From Anthoceros angustus (lineage: Eukaryota; Plantae; Anthocerotophyta): a stretch of 64,000 nucleotides of DNA. The stretch spans positions 1,240,001-1,304,000 of the forward strand of contig VJWM01000025.1 of assembly GCA_010909165.1 (NCBI GenBank). Direction: 5' to 3'. The first letter of the stretch is position 1. Each line of letters starts with the position of its first letter. This document shows positions 10,750 through 23,785 of the stretch, one piece after another. The position numbers and the translations under genes were made by a program. Under the pieces are notes generated by a model that ran no database searches, was not told where the DNA came from, and saw nothing but the letters and a program-made list of their open reading frames with translations.

Positions 10750-12745
10750 TCAATACATGACACACAAGCTTTGAACATGGGAGAAAAATAGTACTTTGAC
10801 TCCTCTTGGAATCGCATACACGTGACAACAAGCTCGAACGTGGGAGAAAACTACTACTATGACTCTGCTTGCAATTGCATACAACAGCGTCTGTATAGAA
10901 AGGGGTTTCTTCTGTCAAAAGGGGTTTTGGAAAAAATTCCAACCCTATTTCGTCGGAAACTGAAGTTGGTTTGGTTTTGTTGGTTTTTGTAGGTGAACAT
11001 CCATCGGTTTCGAGCATTCTCGGCTCCGGCACCACTTCTTGTCGAGTCATTTATACCGCGCTGGCACCTTGTACTCAGGTTCATGGCGATTTAGTCAGTG
11101 TGATGAAGAGCCAGTGACCTCATTGTTCCATAATTTCGTCATGTTCATAGTTTTAGCATTTTGTGTGGTTTTGTATATTTTTGTATACCAGGGGGCCTAG
11201 GCGCGCATAAGTGCACGCCTAATCAACGCTATTAACTTGTGCACACACTGTGCGAAAAGAACGCGAATCTTCTAATGGGGAAACAAGTCCTTTTGGAGGT
11301 CTGAGGATATGTCGGAACTCCCGACAAAATAACAAGTAGCAGGCATCGGCAGAGGTTCACCTAGACCGCTCTCATATATCTATCCTATGCCCTAATGCGA
11401 CAAAGAACACCCTATCCCCTTTTTATCCTTTACGGTGTTTCCGTCTCTTTCGACGGTGACCTAGTACCGGGTTATCATCAAACATGCCAGGGGGGCCCAG
11501 CTGGTAAACAAGTGCATGCACCAGGGGGCAAGGGGGCCCAGGTGCACGCACCCAAGGTCAAGAAGGGCCTAGGAGCATGAACCCATATGGTTCATGCATC
11601 CTAGTGCATTCCCAGACGATTCATCCAAAGAAAAAAAGAACAAAAAATCTAAAAATCCCCAAAAAAAATCCCAAAAAAGTCCAATTTTGGAGGCAAGTGC
11701 GCGCACTTGCCCTAAAATTTTGATATTTTGTTGAATTTTTTGGTATTTTTTGATATTTTTATTGTTTTAAAGGGTTCCTTTCGACGTTTTCAACCTTTTT
11801 TGTGCACCTCCCTAATGTGGATATGTTCTTATCTTTTTTTAACCATCATCTTTTTTCTAGTGGTTAAAACTTTGAACTAGTAGTGAGAACCTTTTGCATC
11901 TTTTGAATCTTGAGACGTTTGGCGTGGGCCCAGCTCCAAGTGCAGACCATGCCACTCTCATTCTCGCACTGCACGCGGATCAAGAGCATCAGGTCAACGA
12001 AGATATTATTGTCCCATTGTCTAAGAAACAAAGTCTTGTAAAATTCCCAGAGCGAGAGTATAGTCTTAGGATTGAGTGGTATAAATGAAAGGTTGGTGCG
12101 CAAACAAGTTTGCGCAAATTACAAGCCCTAAAACTCTAAACATTTGTATCGTCCAACACACACGGCAATGATTGCGGTGTTGAGACTAGATATAAGTGCG
12201 CGCATAAGTTTGCGCACGAATTCTGTGTCCAGTTTGAAAGAAAAAGCCGAACGAGAGTGAGACTTCAGGTTTTTGCCACGTACTTGCAATCTACAATCTC
12301 AATAAGTGTATCAAAATAATTATTCAAAAGGTTGCGGGTGACATGTCTACAGAGAAATACCAAAAAGGCTGATTATAGTGCGGATTTTTTCAAGTGCAAA
12401 AAGGGGTCCGGCCACGTTTGTGTGCAAAAAAGGGTTTCAGGAGAAACCCCTTTCTACACAAACGCTGTTATACGTGACAAACAAGCTTCCCTTTGAAAAT
12501 GGGAGAAAACTAGTAGTATGACTTCGCTTGCAATAGCATATGAAACAAACAAGCTTCCCTTTCAACATGGGAGAAAACTAGCACTATGACTCCACTTCCA
12601 ATAGCACACGCGTCAAACAAGCGTCCCTTCCAACATGGTAGAAAAATAGTACTATTACTCCGCTTGCAATAGCATATGTGACAAACAAGCTTCCCTTCCA
12701 ACAAGGGAGAAAACTAGTATCTTCCCTTGCAATCAGACACATGTG
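10750..12745. repeat. ~60-68-bp tandem repeat array (about 6 units) split by a TIR element
   Basis: Unit core acaagcttcccttt..aacatgggagaaaactagtactatgactc.gcttgcaatagcat; 2 units at 10750-10882 and about 4 at 12470-12745. Confidence 0.8.
10883..12469. mobile_element. Non-autonomous TIR DNA transposon (~1.59 kb)
   Basis: ~28-bp TIR AACAGCGT(C/T)TGT(A/G)TAGAAAGGGGTTTCT at both ends; ATAC duplicated at 10879-10882 and 12470-12473; no transposase ORF. Confidence 0.8.
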
Positions 12746-15700
12746 AGAGGGCGAGAACTCTTTCCAATCTCATGCTCAAGTTAACTTGGTCGGGCTCCTT
12801 AACTAGACGATCGTACTTCTCAGTCACATGACCTTGTGACTCTTTTAAATCTCATGCTGAAAGTAACTTGGTTGGGTTCCCTAACGGGAGGATCTTTACC
12901 TTTTAGTCACATAAACATGATATCTTATGGTAATAATGTAAGTGTATACAATTCTACATAGGATCTTGTGGTGGAATCATGCAACTTATCTCATGATAAA
13001 TTGATATAGATTATAAAGCGAGTGTCTTGAGCTGAACTCTTTCTGGCGAGGTTCTTGAAGTGAACTCTAATAGTGATCATTGATTAGAAATCCGTTGCCG
13101 ATTAAATTCATCGGTATGTAAAAAATGAGTACCTCTAATATATAGAAACTGATTGGCACTTTGGTTTCATAAAACAAGAATGTCCAAAAGGCCTAAGTTT
13201 TCATATCCCATACGTGAAGGAGAAAATGTGGTTTGACATATAAGGCATGTAAGAGAAATCCTTATAGAGCAAATTAAGAATAATTTTTTTTCTCCATACT
13301 AGACATTGATTTTTCTTCTCTCCAGTCTTTTCTTAGACATTAGAGCTTTTTAGTAAGTTCAGAGTTGAATTAAAACTAAAACACAAACAACACAAAAAAC
13401 TGATGCCCAACCAGAACATGGGAGAGAAAGTAAAACTGGAAGTAATAATTAAATCCTTTTTAATAAATATGTTATCAGTCAGCGTATGTACATATGTACG
13501 TACATCAAAGGTTAAAAGTATGAACGTTAGACAGGTTTGGGTCCCATTGGCGGTGGGCACATAATCATTATGGAGGTTGGTGCTGAGTTTCCCCGCCGTG
13601 AATCGTGAGTAGCGAATGGTCATGGAGTGGAGCTGACAGAAATGAGCGGAAATTGGGACTGAAATGGGTGTGCCTTGTTGTGAAAGTGAATCTGACGCCG
13701 AGTCAGACCTCTTAGAAACGAGCTTGCACTGAAGCCGAAGAATTCCGAGAGGAGAAGCACAACCACCACAAGTTTTCCGCACCTCCATAAGTACCTAGTT
13801 GAGCCTGGAAGGCTGGGCGACGTGGAGGATTTTAGCATAGAGGGCGGTGGTTTACGTGGGGGCTGGAAGGCATCTTCGAGGGAGTGGGTGCTGGTGGGAC
13901 CGAAGCAGCAGTCTGGGAACTCGGAAGGAATGATGGTTGCAACGAGCTTCGCTCTGCTGTTACACCTTTGCTTACACCTGATGCCCAATGTCCCGTGTCG
14001 GCGTCGGCGTCGGCGTCGCTTCGCTGCGCTGCACAGTAGCTGATGCGGCAAGATTCACGCCAATCTGTGGTACTGGAATCAACGCTGCCGCTCCTTCTTC
14101 TACATATGTAGACTACGTACATATTCCAGAAGGAAAATCCGCCCACTGGACATGTCTTGAGGCATGTGAGCGGATGAGGCATGTGCATACATGGACAGAA
14201 ATGGCATGAGAAATAATTCTCCATGACTCCATCCTCATCCGATCCATATATGCTGTGGAAAGAGCCTGCCCCACACTAGTAGACCAGTACATCCTGTACA
14301 GGAACAACAAACGTTGATGACGGATGGGGCTTTTTTGCAGAGGCAAGATCGGGCTGGGCCACCAGTCCTGTGATCACTCCAGTCCCTGCAGCCTGCTGTC
14401 CTCGCAGGGCAGGCAAGGGTCCCACGGTCTTGGACAGTTGGGACGGCTCCCTCGCTCCACTCTGTCGTCCACCAGAGACTGCTCTCCCCTCTTCCTCGTG
14501 TGCTGCAACTTGTTCCTTGAAGCAGCGCTGGAATCCGGATACAGTGTCATGTGTTGCGTAGGGCTAACGCGGACATCACATTGCTGTGACATGTGCTCTC
14601 GCCACGATGCCGCACAGACTCCTGTGCCACATAAAAGGCAGCGACATGCCGATGCGCAGCAGCAGCGACATCACAGGCTCCAATGCCTCTAGGTCAACAT
14701 CATACACGAGTCCCCCAGCTCCGTTCCGCCATTACTCGCACAGATACAGATACACAACGCAACGAGGCGTCCAAGACGCGAGCACACGGACACGGCTACC
14801 GACCTCCCAGTCCGTGGCAGGCCTGCCAATGCCAAACCTCTGGTCTGCCATGATTCAAGAAAAGCTAGCTGCCTTGAATCGCGTGCCGATGCTCCACCTG
14901 TCACCTCTGCTTGGAATGCTGCTCTCTCCCGCCTCTGCGGCTCCCGCAGATGAGACAGCGCCCGATGAAACGGATCCCGTTTCCCCCACTCCCGGACAAA
15001 GGCCGTGGATCGCACTGAGCAACAATGGCATCTAACAGCACGGCGTCTTCCGTCTTCCGTCTTCCGTCTTCCGCCTTTCCCCTTCCCCCGTTCCGTCCAC
15101 CGCGCCTCCGGCCCCTAACGGTCCTGCGCCAAACCCTAAAAGCGCGGCCTCTGCCAACCTTTTTCCACTAGTTTTTGGGCCTTTTCCGGACCCAATGACT
15201 GCGCTCCTGTCCACACCTGAACTCGCTAAATTTGCGCCACGAAGCCACAAACACGAAGCCTGGGAGTCCCACGTATTACGGAATCCATACGCGGACGGCT
15301 CGCAACCTCGCAACTAGCTGTGATATATATATATATGCCTAATACGGGTACGAATGTACTGTACATGCCTTGACTCTGGAGTCCAGGAGGTGTATATTCT
15401 ATCCGTGTCGGTTTAATTTGGTGCTGCTGTACGTACAGTAGCTGTATCCATGTACAGTGCGTGTTTGATTCAAAATTTGAACGGGTCGACAAACGACACG
15501 GACCAGGGGACACGGCCCTGATTAATGCCATTATAATAATCGGGGAACGACAACAAAGGGTTCGAAATTTGAACGCCACTGGAGCCCACCCCCGTTCACA
15601 CAGCGCAGCACGGGAACGGGACGGGAAACGGAGGGGGCCGGGGAAACGGGCTGTGACGGCTTCTTCTCTCTTTTGGCCGCGGCCATGGCTGGCAAACTGT

Positions 15701-16168
15701 TGTGGCTGCTGCTCTCCCGTCACACGCCGGCGTTCTTCGCACTTTCCTTCTTCTGTGCTCCGTTGAGCTCGTCGGCTGATGAGCTGTGAGGCGATGTTGC
15801 GGCAGCTGGAGGGCTAGCTTCTCGGGATTTCTCTCTCTCTCGCGCAGGACTTGGCTTCCTGGGCTGCGCTGTGCTCGACTGTGTGAGTGTCGGTGCGTTG
15901 TGGGCGGTGGCTGGCTGCGCTGTTTGCACATTCGATGTGGGTTATGAGTGCCGGGGCCGCATTCGGCTTCCCCGGGTAGCGCAGGGCAGGATTGTTGGGC
16001 GGGCACGTTGGAGGCAGGTGGTGGAAGGATGTGAATTGGACAAGGAGTGGGTGGGTATGGGATCGGTAGCGATGAGGATGATGCTTGAAGCTGCTGGTCG
16101 TGGCAATGGGGTGAGGTAGGAGGAGGAGGTTGAGTTTCGGAAGTTGCTGCTGGGTGTAGCTTGAATCC

Positions 16169-19100
16169 ATGGAGGTTGTGGAGGTGAGGACGCCCTCTTC
16201 CAGAGCGCCTCCGCAGTCGCCCAAATTGGGAGGCTGCGTCGGCGTCTTCTTCAACTTCTTCGACCTCAATAAGCGTCTGCAAGGATCCCGTCTCTTCTCC
16301 AAGCGCCTTCCCGCAGGTGCGCTGTTGCAGCATCTTCTTCCCTCTGCAACTGAATCATGTTTCCACTCACCTGAGCTGAGCTGAGCTGAGCTTGTGGGTT
16401 TGAATGCTGCAGAGAGGCCGGGCAGGGATAAGGATGGCAAGGCTGCCAGAGACGACAGCCTCATTGCTGCCAAGCTGCTGCTGGTATGACCGTACCAGCC
16501 CGCATTGCAATGCATTTGCATTTTCATCGTGTTGCGTTCCGTTGGCGTGCATTGTTCGTGCGTGGACTGAATTGCAGTGTTGTCTTATCGTCGTGGTGTA
16601 GATTGCGGACGAGAACAGGTCTGTTCCGTCCAGCAAGAAAGCTTCGCCGGAGAAGGCCAAGAGCTCGAAGCAGGGATCGTCACCTGCTCCTGCAGGCAGC
16701 AGCAGCAGTGGCAAGGATGGAGGCGTGTCGGTTTCGCCTCCGAAGCGAGTGCCGGGCGTTGTGGCCCGGCTCATGGGCCTGGAGTCGTTCCCCTCCAGCA
16801 GCGACACGCGCAGCAGCAGCACAAGCAGAATTGCGGATTCTTCCCACCCTTCCTCTGCGCCTCAGTCCCCGAGGCGGCAGCAGCAGCAGGAATCCTATTC
16901 CCGCCCAGATTCCACAGGAGGAGGAGCAGGAGACAGGGGTCGGAGCAAGATGTCATGCAAAGGGAAGGTGCCCACTTCCGTCCGCAGAACATCTCCATCT
17001 CCATCTGCTTCGCCTTCTTCAGCAGGGGATCGGAAATCGCAGCCTCCTCTTTCTTCTTCAGCTGGGACAGGGAAGGGGAGGAAGGCTGCGGCCGCGGCCT
17101 CGGCTATGCATGTGCAGGCGACCGAGCTTGGTGCGAAGAGATCTCCAAGGCACCACATGCACCATCAGCACACGGCTGCTGCCGACAGTCGATCCAGTTA
17201 CAGCAGCGACTCGAGGTTCTCCGAGTCTGGTGGGGTGTCACCAGTGTATGTGGATCCTGACCTGACGTGCAACACCAGACTTGTTCCTGCTGCTGCTGCT
17301 GGGTACAAGGGTGGTGGGGTGGTCCAGGAGGAGACGAAGGCGGGCCTGCCTAAATCCAATCCCAGCTCTCCCAGGCGCCCCATTCTGCTGCCGTCCAAGA
17401 ACAACAAGAAGCTCTCATCCCCAATCCGGAGCCCCACCAGGATGGGGAGCAAGAGTGCAGCCATCCTGCTGGAAGCTGCGCAGAAGATCCTGGAGCCCAA
17501 CAACGTGAAGGGGAGAGTGGCGGGCCGTCCTTCTCCCGTCAAGCCTTTCCAGGACTTTGAGAATGGGGGTCCTGTCCCCGGGGGAAGACGGTCTTTGGAT
17601 TTCAGAGGAATCAGCAGCGGGAGGGAATGGTGGGAGCAGGATGAAGATGGAGGTGGGGCCGGGAGCAGGAGGCGAGCAGGGTCCTCTTCTCCGGGACCCA
17701 GACCCCACAATGTCCTGGGCATGCATTCTGTGGTCACTCTGCGTCCTTGCTCTCCTGTGCCGTCAGAGAGGCAGGTTGGTGGCAATAATGGTGCTGGAGC
17801 TGGAGCTGCGATGGGAATGCGGGGTCTTGATGGGGTTGGCGAGGTGGATGAGGGCAGGTCCCAGGTACCCACAGCCAGAGCCATGCTGTTCGGTACAACT
17901 TCACCAACACGAAAGCGACCGGGGCAGCTGGCGGATGTGGATGCCATGCCCATGCCTTCTAGTTCCTTCCGGGTGCAGGCGGCCAGGGACACGGACTTCG
18001 AAGCTGTTCTGTCCCGGTACCAGGATCCTCCCAAGGTGGAGGCGGGCAGGAAGAAGGAGAAGGAGAAGGAGATGTTCGGGAAGCACAACCAGCTGGGGAA
18101 GATGACGGCAGAGCAGAAGTCGGAGCTGGTGCGGAGCCTGAGTGTGACGGACCAGACTGAGACTCTGCACCGGAGCGGGAGCGTGAAGGAGAAGGTGTCG
18201 TCAAAGATGGGCTCCCTCCTCCGCAGCAAGAGTGCGAGGGAAGACAAGAAGCTGGTGAAGCAGGCTCAGCTTGCGGAGGGCCAGCCTGTGCAGCAGCAGC
18301 AGGTGAAGGGGAATGGTGATGTGGTGGGCAAATTAGGTCGTGCCCCAGCCCAGCGTCAGTCTTTGTCTGGGACTAGGAATGCCAAGGCTTTCCCTGGGAC
18401 GACAGGGGCTCCCAGCCCCTGTGTGGCAGCAGGAAAGGTGGAGTCTGGGAAGCAGGATAGTGCAGGAGCTCGAGCTATGAAGGTGCTCCGAGGGAAGCCT
18501 GGACGAAGCAGGAGGCAGGAGAGGGAGGAGGAGACCCAGGAGTGCAGGGACGTGAGCCCACCACCTGGTGAGAGTCGGGTGTTCCCTGCAGCAGGGGATG
18601 CTGAGATACCTACTCACCTCTCGCCTGGCTCCTCTTCAGAGTCCCAGGGAGGCTCAGAGGTAAGCAGTTCTGGTGGTGGGAAAGGGATCTTAAGCTACAG
18701 CAGGCTTTTCAGAGGGCGGAAAGAGGGACATGGTGATGGTGAGGAGGAGCAGAGTCCCAAGTCGTCTCACTCTGTGAGGTCTCTCTTCAGGCGGAAGCCC
18801 ACATCCCCGGAAGCTCCTGCTCCGGTTGTGCTGCGGAGAGGTTCTAAGAGGATTCAGGCTGACATGAAGGCGCCTGGGGCCGGGCAGGCCATGAGTATGT
18901 CGTTCGATCTGGATGCGGAGGGGTTTGAGAGAGGGTTATCGTTCGACATGGGGAAGCTGCCTCTAGGCTGTCTCATCAGCGAGCTCGCAGATGTGTTGGA
19001 GTGTAAGGACAAGAATACAACCTCGGAGGAGAGACTTGTCGGCCCCTCCACAAATACAGCTGCCCTCGACCCGGTTGATGCAGATGACACCATCCAGCTC

Positions 19101-20935
19101 AGGGTGACTTGTCGGGAAGGAGGACAGAATGCTACCAGACTGACCGCTGAAAAAACGAATGCGACCAGATCGTTTCAGTCACCAGACACGGATGGTTTTG
19201 AAGAGAAGACAATCGACCAGGATTACCAAAGACGGAAATCTCAAGCCAGGCTCACGAGGGCGCTGCAACGTGGTGCTGTGACTCAATTCAGGGGGGATGT
19301 CTTCAAGTACGATTTCAGTGTGGATGCCACCATGGAAGAGGAGGAGCCTGACAAGATGTTTGCAGCATACATCAAGTCCGGCATCATAGATGAGTTCACC
19401 ATGGAGAGCACGTTCCAGCAAGACGAGGCTGACAAGAATTTTTCAGGATACATTGCTGCGTCCGACTCCTTGATGGATCGGGATCTCGTCTGCCACAGCA
19501 TTTCCCTCTCAGATGATGCTGCATTGGATGTGGATGGGGTCGGAGCCAAAAAGGATGCTATCTGCATCCTGACTGAAAGCCGCCAACTGCTTGACAGCCT
19601 TAAGGTACGCGTTGTCCCCTATGTGGGCCAGACCAGTGACATTAGTCTGACTTGTACCTTCTCCGTCCTTTTGTGTCTGTATCTCTGGCTGATGTATCTG
19701 TATAATCTTCTTTGCTCGTTTGCAGCCGTCAAGCATCAGCTTTGATATTGGCTCATGCGGATCAGGCAACCCCGTAGCTGTCCCGTTTGTAAAGAGCCGG
19801 GTGTTTCTGTCTGACGAGCATGGTGATCCAACAGAAGCAGCCCGGAAATCCACATGCAGCGATGACATCGGGCAGCCGAGTCCCGTGTCTCCTCTGGAGG
19901 CCCCTTTCCAAGACGAGGCTCAAGATGCAGCGTCTCAAGAAGGGTCGTCTCCCAAGGCCTCACACGACTTCGTGGCCGCTCTGGATGAGCTTGAAGGTAA
20001 ACATCTTACTCTGCTGCCCACAGCCAGAACCTGCATTTGCCTGCAACCTTCCTCTCAATTGTCTCAGCCGATCCTTACTCTGAAAACTTCAATGTGTGCC
20101 TGCAGAGGAGAAAGCAGTTGTTCTGAGCACAGTGGTTGACGACTCCACAGCCAGCCACCATGGGGCCGAGAAGGAGCAGCAGAGCAAAGGTGAGGGGTCT
20201 ACTGCACCCATTGAGACGGCCAGCATCTTGGAAGCCATCCTGGACCTCTCCCGCATTCGCCAGATCGACCTTGAAGATATCGGCATTCTGGAGGGAGCTG
20301 CAGCAGGAGCAGCAGGAGGAGCAGGAGCAAGAGCAGATGACACAGAGGACGAGGACCAGGCCTACATCGCCGGCATCCTCACCAAGTCCAAGTTTCTAGC
20401 GAAGGAACCGACTCCATGGTTCTCCCAGACGCTGCCAATCAACCCCGACGTCTTCGCCCAGCTGGAGAACCAGGAGCGAGCCTGGAGCGAAACCGATTCC
20501 TGCAAAGCAGACAGCTCTGTAGCAGACAGCGACTCCACCAGCTGCTCCAGAAGTGACAGCAAGCTTCTGCAGGTACAGTGGCTGGACCGCAAGCTCTTCT
20601 TCGACTGTGTGAATGAGGCTGTGTGTGAGAGGCTGTCAGAGTACAGCATGGACGAGCCATGGGTGAAAAAGCAGGTGCTGCGTGCGGTGCCTGCACCCAC
20701 TGGGAAGCAGCTCGTGAAGCAGGTGTACGAGCAGGTGAGCCAGTGGAGGAACATGGATGTGGAAAGCCTGGAAACGTTGATACTCTATGACATGGGCCAT
20801 GGCAGTGGACAGTGGACGGACTTAGCGCATGAGGTTAGAGATATAGGATTAGAAATCGAACGTCACATTTTCAGAGTGATGATCGAAGAGCTCGTGAAGG
20901 AAACATTAGACAGCGTTCCTGCAAGCCTCCACTAA
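16169..20935 (+). CDS. TON1-recruiting motif (TRM)/LONGIFOLIA family protein, 5 exons (~16169-16316, 16413-16483, 16602-19603, 19726-19996, 20106-20935)
   Basis: N-terminal GCVGVFFNFFD motif, PGVVARLMGLE, QPSPVSPLE, and C-terminal DUF4378-type LDRKLFFDCVNE...IGLEIERHIFRVMIEEL. GT-AG introns keep the frame. Confidence 0.9.
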
Positions 20936-21132
20936 TTCGTGAGTGTCATCCGCGCTTTTGTACATTACAGCCCTGTGGACAGTTATCTTGTAGATACAAC
21001 AACGGCAACCAGTTTTCCCGGTGCTGGCAAGCGCACTGGATAGAGATGAGATAGGCTTTGACAAGACATGGAGAAGAGTTCGGGAAAAAATTGAAAGCTA
21101 AGGTCCTCTTGGTTGCAAAGTTGTTGCATCTG

Positions 21133-23785
21133 CTAATGGTGATCCCCACAAGAGCAGGCCCCATCCTTGAATCGGTGGACACGGTGAGAATCTCTGATAG
21201 TGATCTCTCTCCTTTCGATTCTGGAGATGAACTTAGTACCTCCATGACAGTTATTGCACATTCGAAGATCCTTGGTGATGAGCAGACCGGTACCTTCAGG
21301 TGTGTTGAGTATACCGAATGACAAGGCCAGTTTCTCAGCATGCCCACACAAAGCATCCTCCCTCTGCTGATCAGGCTTCAGCAAAGAGTCCACCCTCGGG
21401 ACAAACCCCTCCTCTTTCATCTGGAGGCCCAGACTCCTGAGCTTTGTATAAGCTGAATCACTCATTTCAAAGCCCGTATCTCCAACAACAAACTCATGCA
21501 CCTTGTTGTTCACTTCGATCGAGGCCCTTGCAGGTTTTTTCTGAGCACCTGCGTCCTTTCGTAGATTCTCTATCTCTTCCACTTCCTCCCATCTGCTAGC
21601 CTCCACGTACATGTTGGTCATGAGTACATAGGCAGAAGCCTCCTGGGGATTCATCTTCACAAGTCGGTCGAAGCATTGCCTTCCCAGTTCCACGTTGCCA
21701 TGAGACTTGCAAGCATTCAGCAAAGACGTCCAACCGACACTGTCAGCCTTGAACGGCATGGACTGCAGCAGAGATTCTGCGTCTTGTAAGCATCCTGACC
21801 GTCCAAGGAGATCAACCATGCAGTTGTAGTGCTCAACTGTGGGCCTGATGCCGTGGGCTTCTTGCATTAGCTTGAAGTACTGCTGACCCTCACTAACTAG
21901 GCCAACGTGACTGCATGCCACAAGCAGGCAGGTGAAGGTCGACGCATTGGGCTCAAATCCCTGTTCGACCATCTTGTCAAAACAATGCAAAGCCAGTTGA
22001 CCTTGACTGTGCTGCCCATAGCCATTTATCAGCGTATTCCATGTTGCTGTATCCCTTGTTTGCAGACTGTCAAACGCTGTCTGAGCCTCTTCCAGTCTCC
22101 CACATTTCACATACATATCCACCAAGCTGTTTCCAACAATGACGTCTGCCAAAAGTCCTCTTTTCAATACCTGGGCATGGATTTGTTTGCCTGCTTGGAG
22201 GGCCCCTTTGGTGCCACACGCTTGTAAAGCACTAACAAATGTGACATTATCAGGAATCTTGCCCTCCTTCTGCATCCTGTCATACAATTCAAGAGCCTCC
22301 TGGCCAAACCCCTGTTGGGCATATCCCGTGACCATAGCAGTCCAGGTTACAACATTCTTGGAAGGCAAACTGTCAAACACTCCACGAGCTTCCTCCAAGC
22401 ACTTGCATTTCACATACATGTTCATGAGTGCCGTTCCAACAAAAACGTCGGCCTCAAGCCCCCTCTCCCTAATCTGATCATGGATCTGCCTACCTTCCTC
22501 TACTCTTCCAATGCTGCCACATCCTGTCAGGATGCTGACAAATGTGACATTGTTGGGTACTATGCCTGATTGCTGCATCTTGTCATATACTTCCAGCGCT
22601 TCCTCGCCAAGGCCATGCTGTGCATATCCTGCAATCATGGCATTCCAAGTCACCAGATTCCTGGTAGACAAGGTGTCAAACACTCTGCGAGCATCCACCA
22701 GGCTCCCACATCTAGCGTACATGTCCACCAAGGTATTCCCAACAAACACATTGGACTCAAACCCACTCGCCAACACGTCTGCATGTACCAGCTTCCCAGA
22801 GGTTAAATCCCCTGCTCCTGCACAAGCTTTCAGCACAGCCACAAAGATATAATCATTCGGTTTTATCCCCACCTCTTGCATCCGCTGGTAGATTTTCAGC
22901 GACTGGTCAGCTTGCCCATGCTCCCCGTTTGCAGAGATAATGGAGGCCCATGCAAACGTATCTGGTGCCGGCAACTTGCTGAAAACCTGGTTCGCTTCCA
23001 GCAGACACCCACGAGAAGCATACATGCGAATGACCTGGTTCCCCAAGAAGGTGTTTTGCTCATGCCCACTCAGCACCGTGAGAGCATGCACGCGTCTGCC
23101 AATTGCCAAATTTTTCTGTGCAATACACCCCCTCAACAGCAGATACAGCATGTGCGGGGAAACAGACACTCCTTTCGCAGCAATAAACTCCAGGGTCTGG
23201 AATGCCTCATCAAGCTCTCCCTCATCACACAACTTGCTCAGAAGGGCTTCAAACCCCTCCGTCGACTGAACAGCATTTCCCCCTTTTGCTGCAACCACCC
23301 TGCAGATGATTATACCATTCAGAAACTAAGAAGAGCAAGAACCTGAAGTCCAAGCTGCTCTCATCACATACAACAAATCTCCACACACCTGCTTTCTCCA
23401 AAACCAGTGTCCTCCTTTCGTATTCCGTGCACAGACTCCAAATAGCCCTTCACCTGAGATGATGACGATCATCCACCATTAATCGTCGTCCAACATAAAC
23501 ATGTGCAAAGAACTCCATTTCTACAAAGCCTTCTTTCTCACCCTGCTGGACCCATCAGGCAACCAATTCGGAGAAGAAGCGGGCACCGGCCGTTCCCTCA
23601 ATTTCCCCCCTGCTCATATGGAACCGGAACCCATGAGCAAAATCCAAGAGAAGAAGACTAACCAGAGACTCACTTCACTGACTGACTCCCTCACCTGGCG
23701 AGCTGCCTGTTCCCAGGCTGGAAACTCCCCTGCACCATCCTCCAGCAAAGATGAACCTGCTGCCCCGCTGCCCAGTTCTCCTCAT
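21133..23785 (-). CDS. PLS-class PPR protein with E1-E2-DYW:KP domain (C-terminal DHH, DRH-like); candidate organellar U-to-C editing factor
   Basis: L-S-P triplets then P2-L2-S2; KKPARASIEV; HAEKLA; CNNCH; CSCGDHH. Three small upstream exons (23785-23695, 23609-23542, 23453-23389) splice in frame and encode an R/G/S-rich leader, MRRTGQRGSRFIFAGGWCRGVSS. Confidence 0.9.

Noticed and set aside
17198-18247. 349-aa - strand ORF and other overlapping ORFs within TRM
   Set aside because: Shadow frames of a GC-rich, low-complexity exon.
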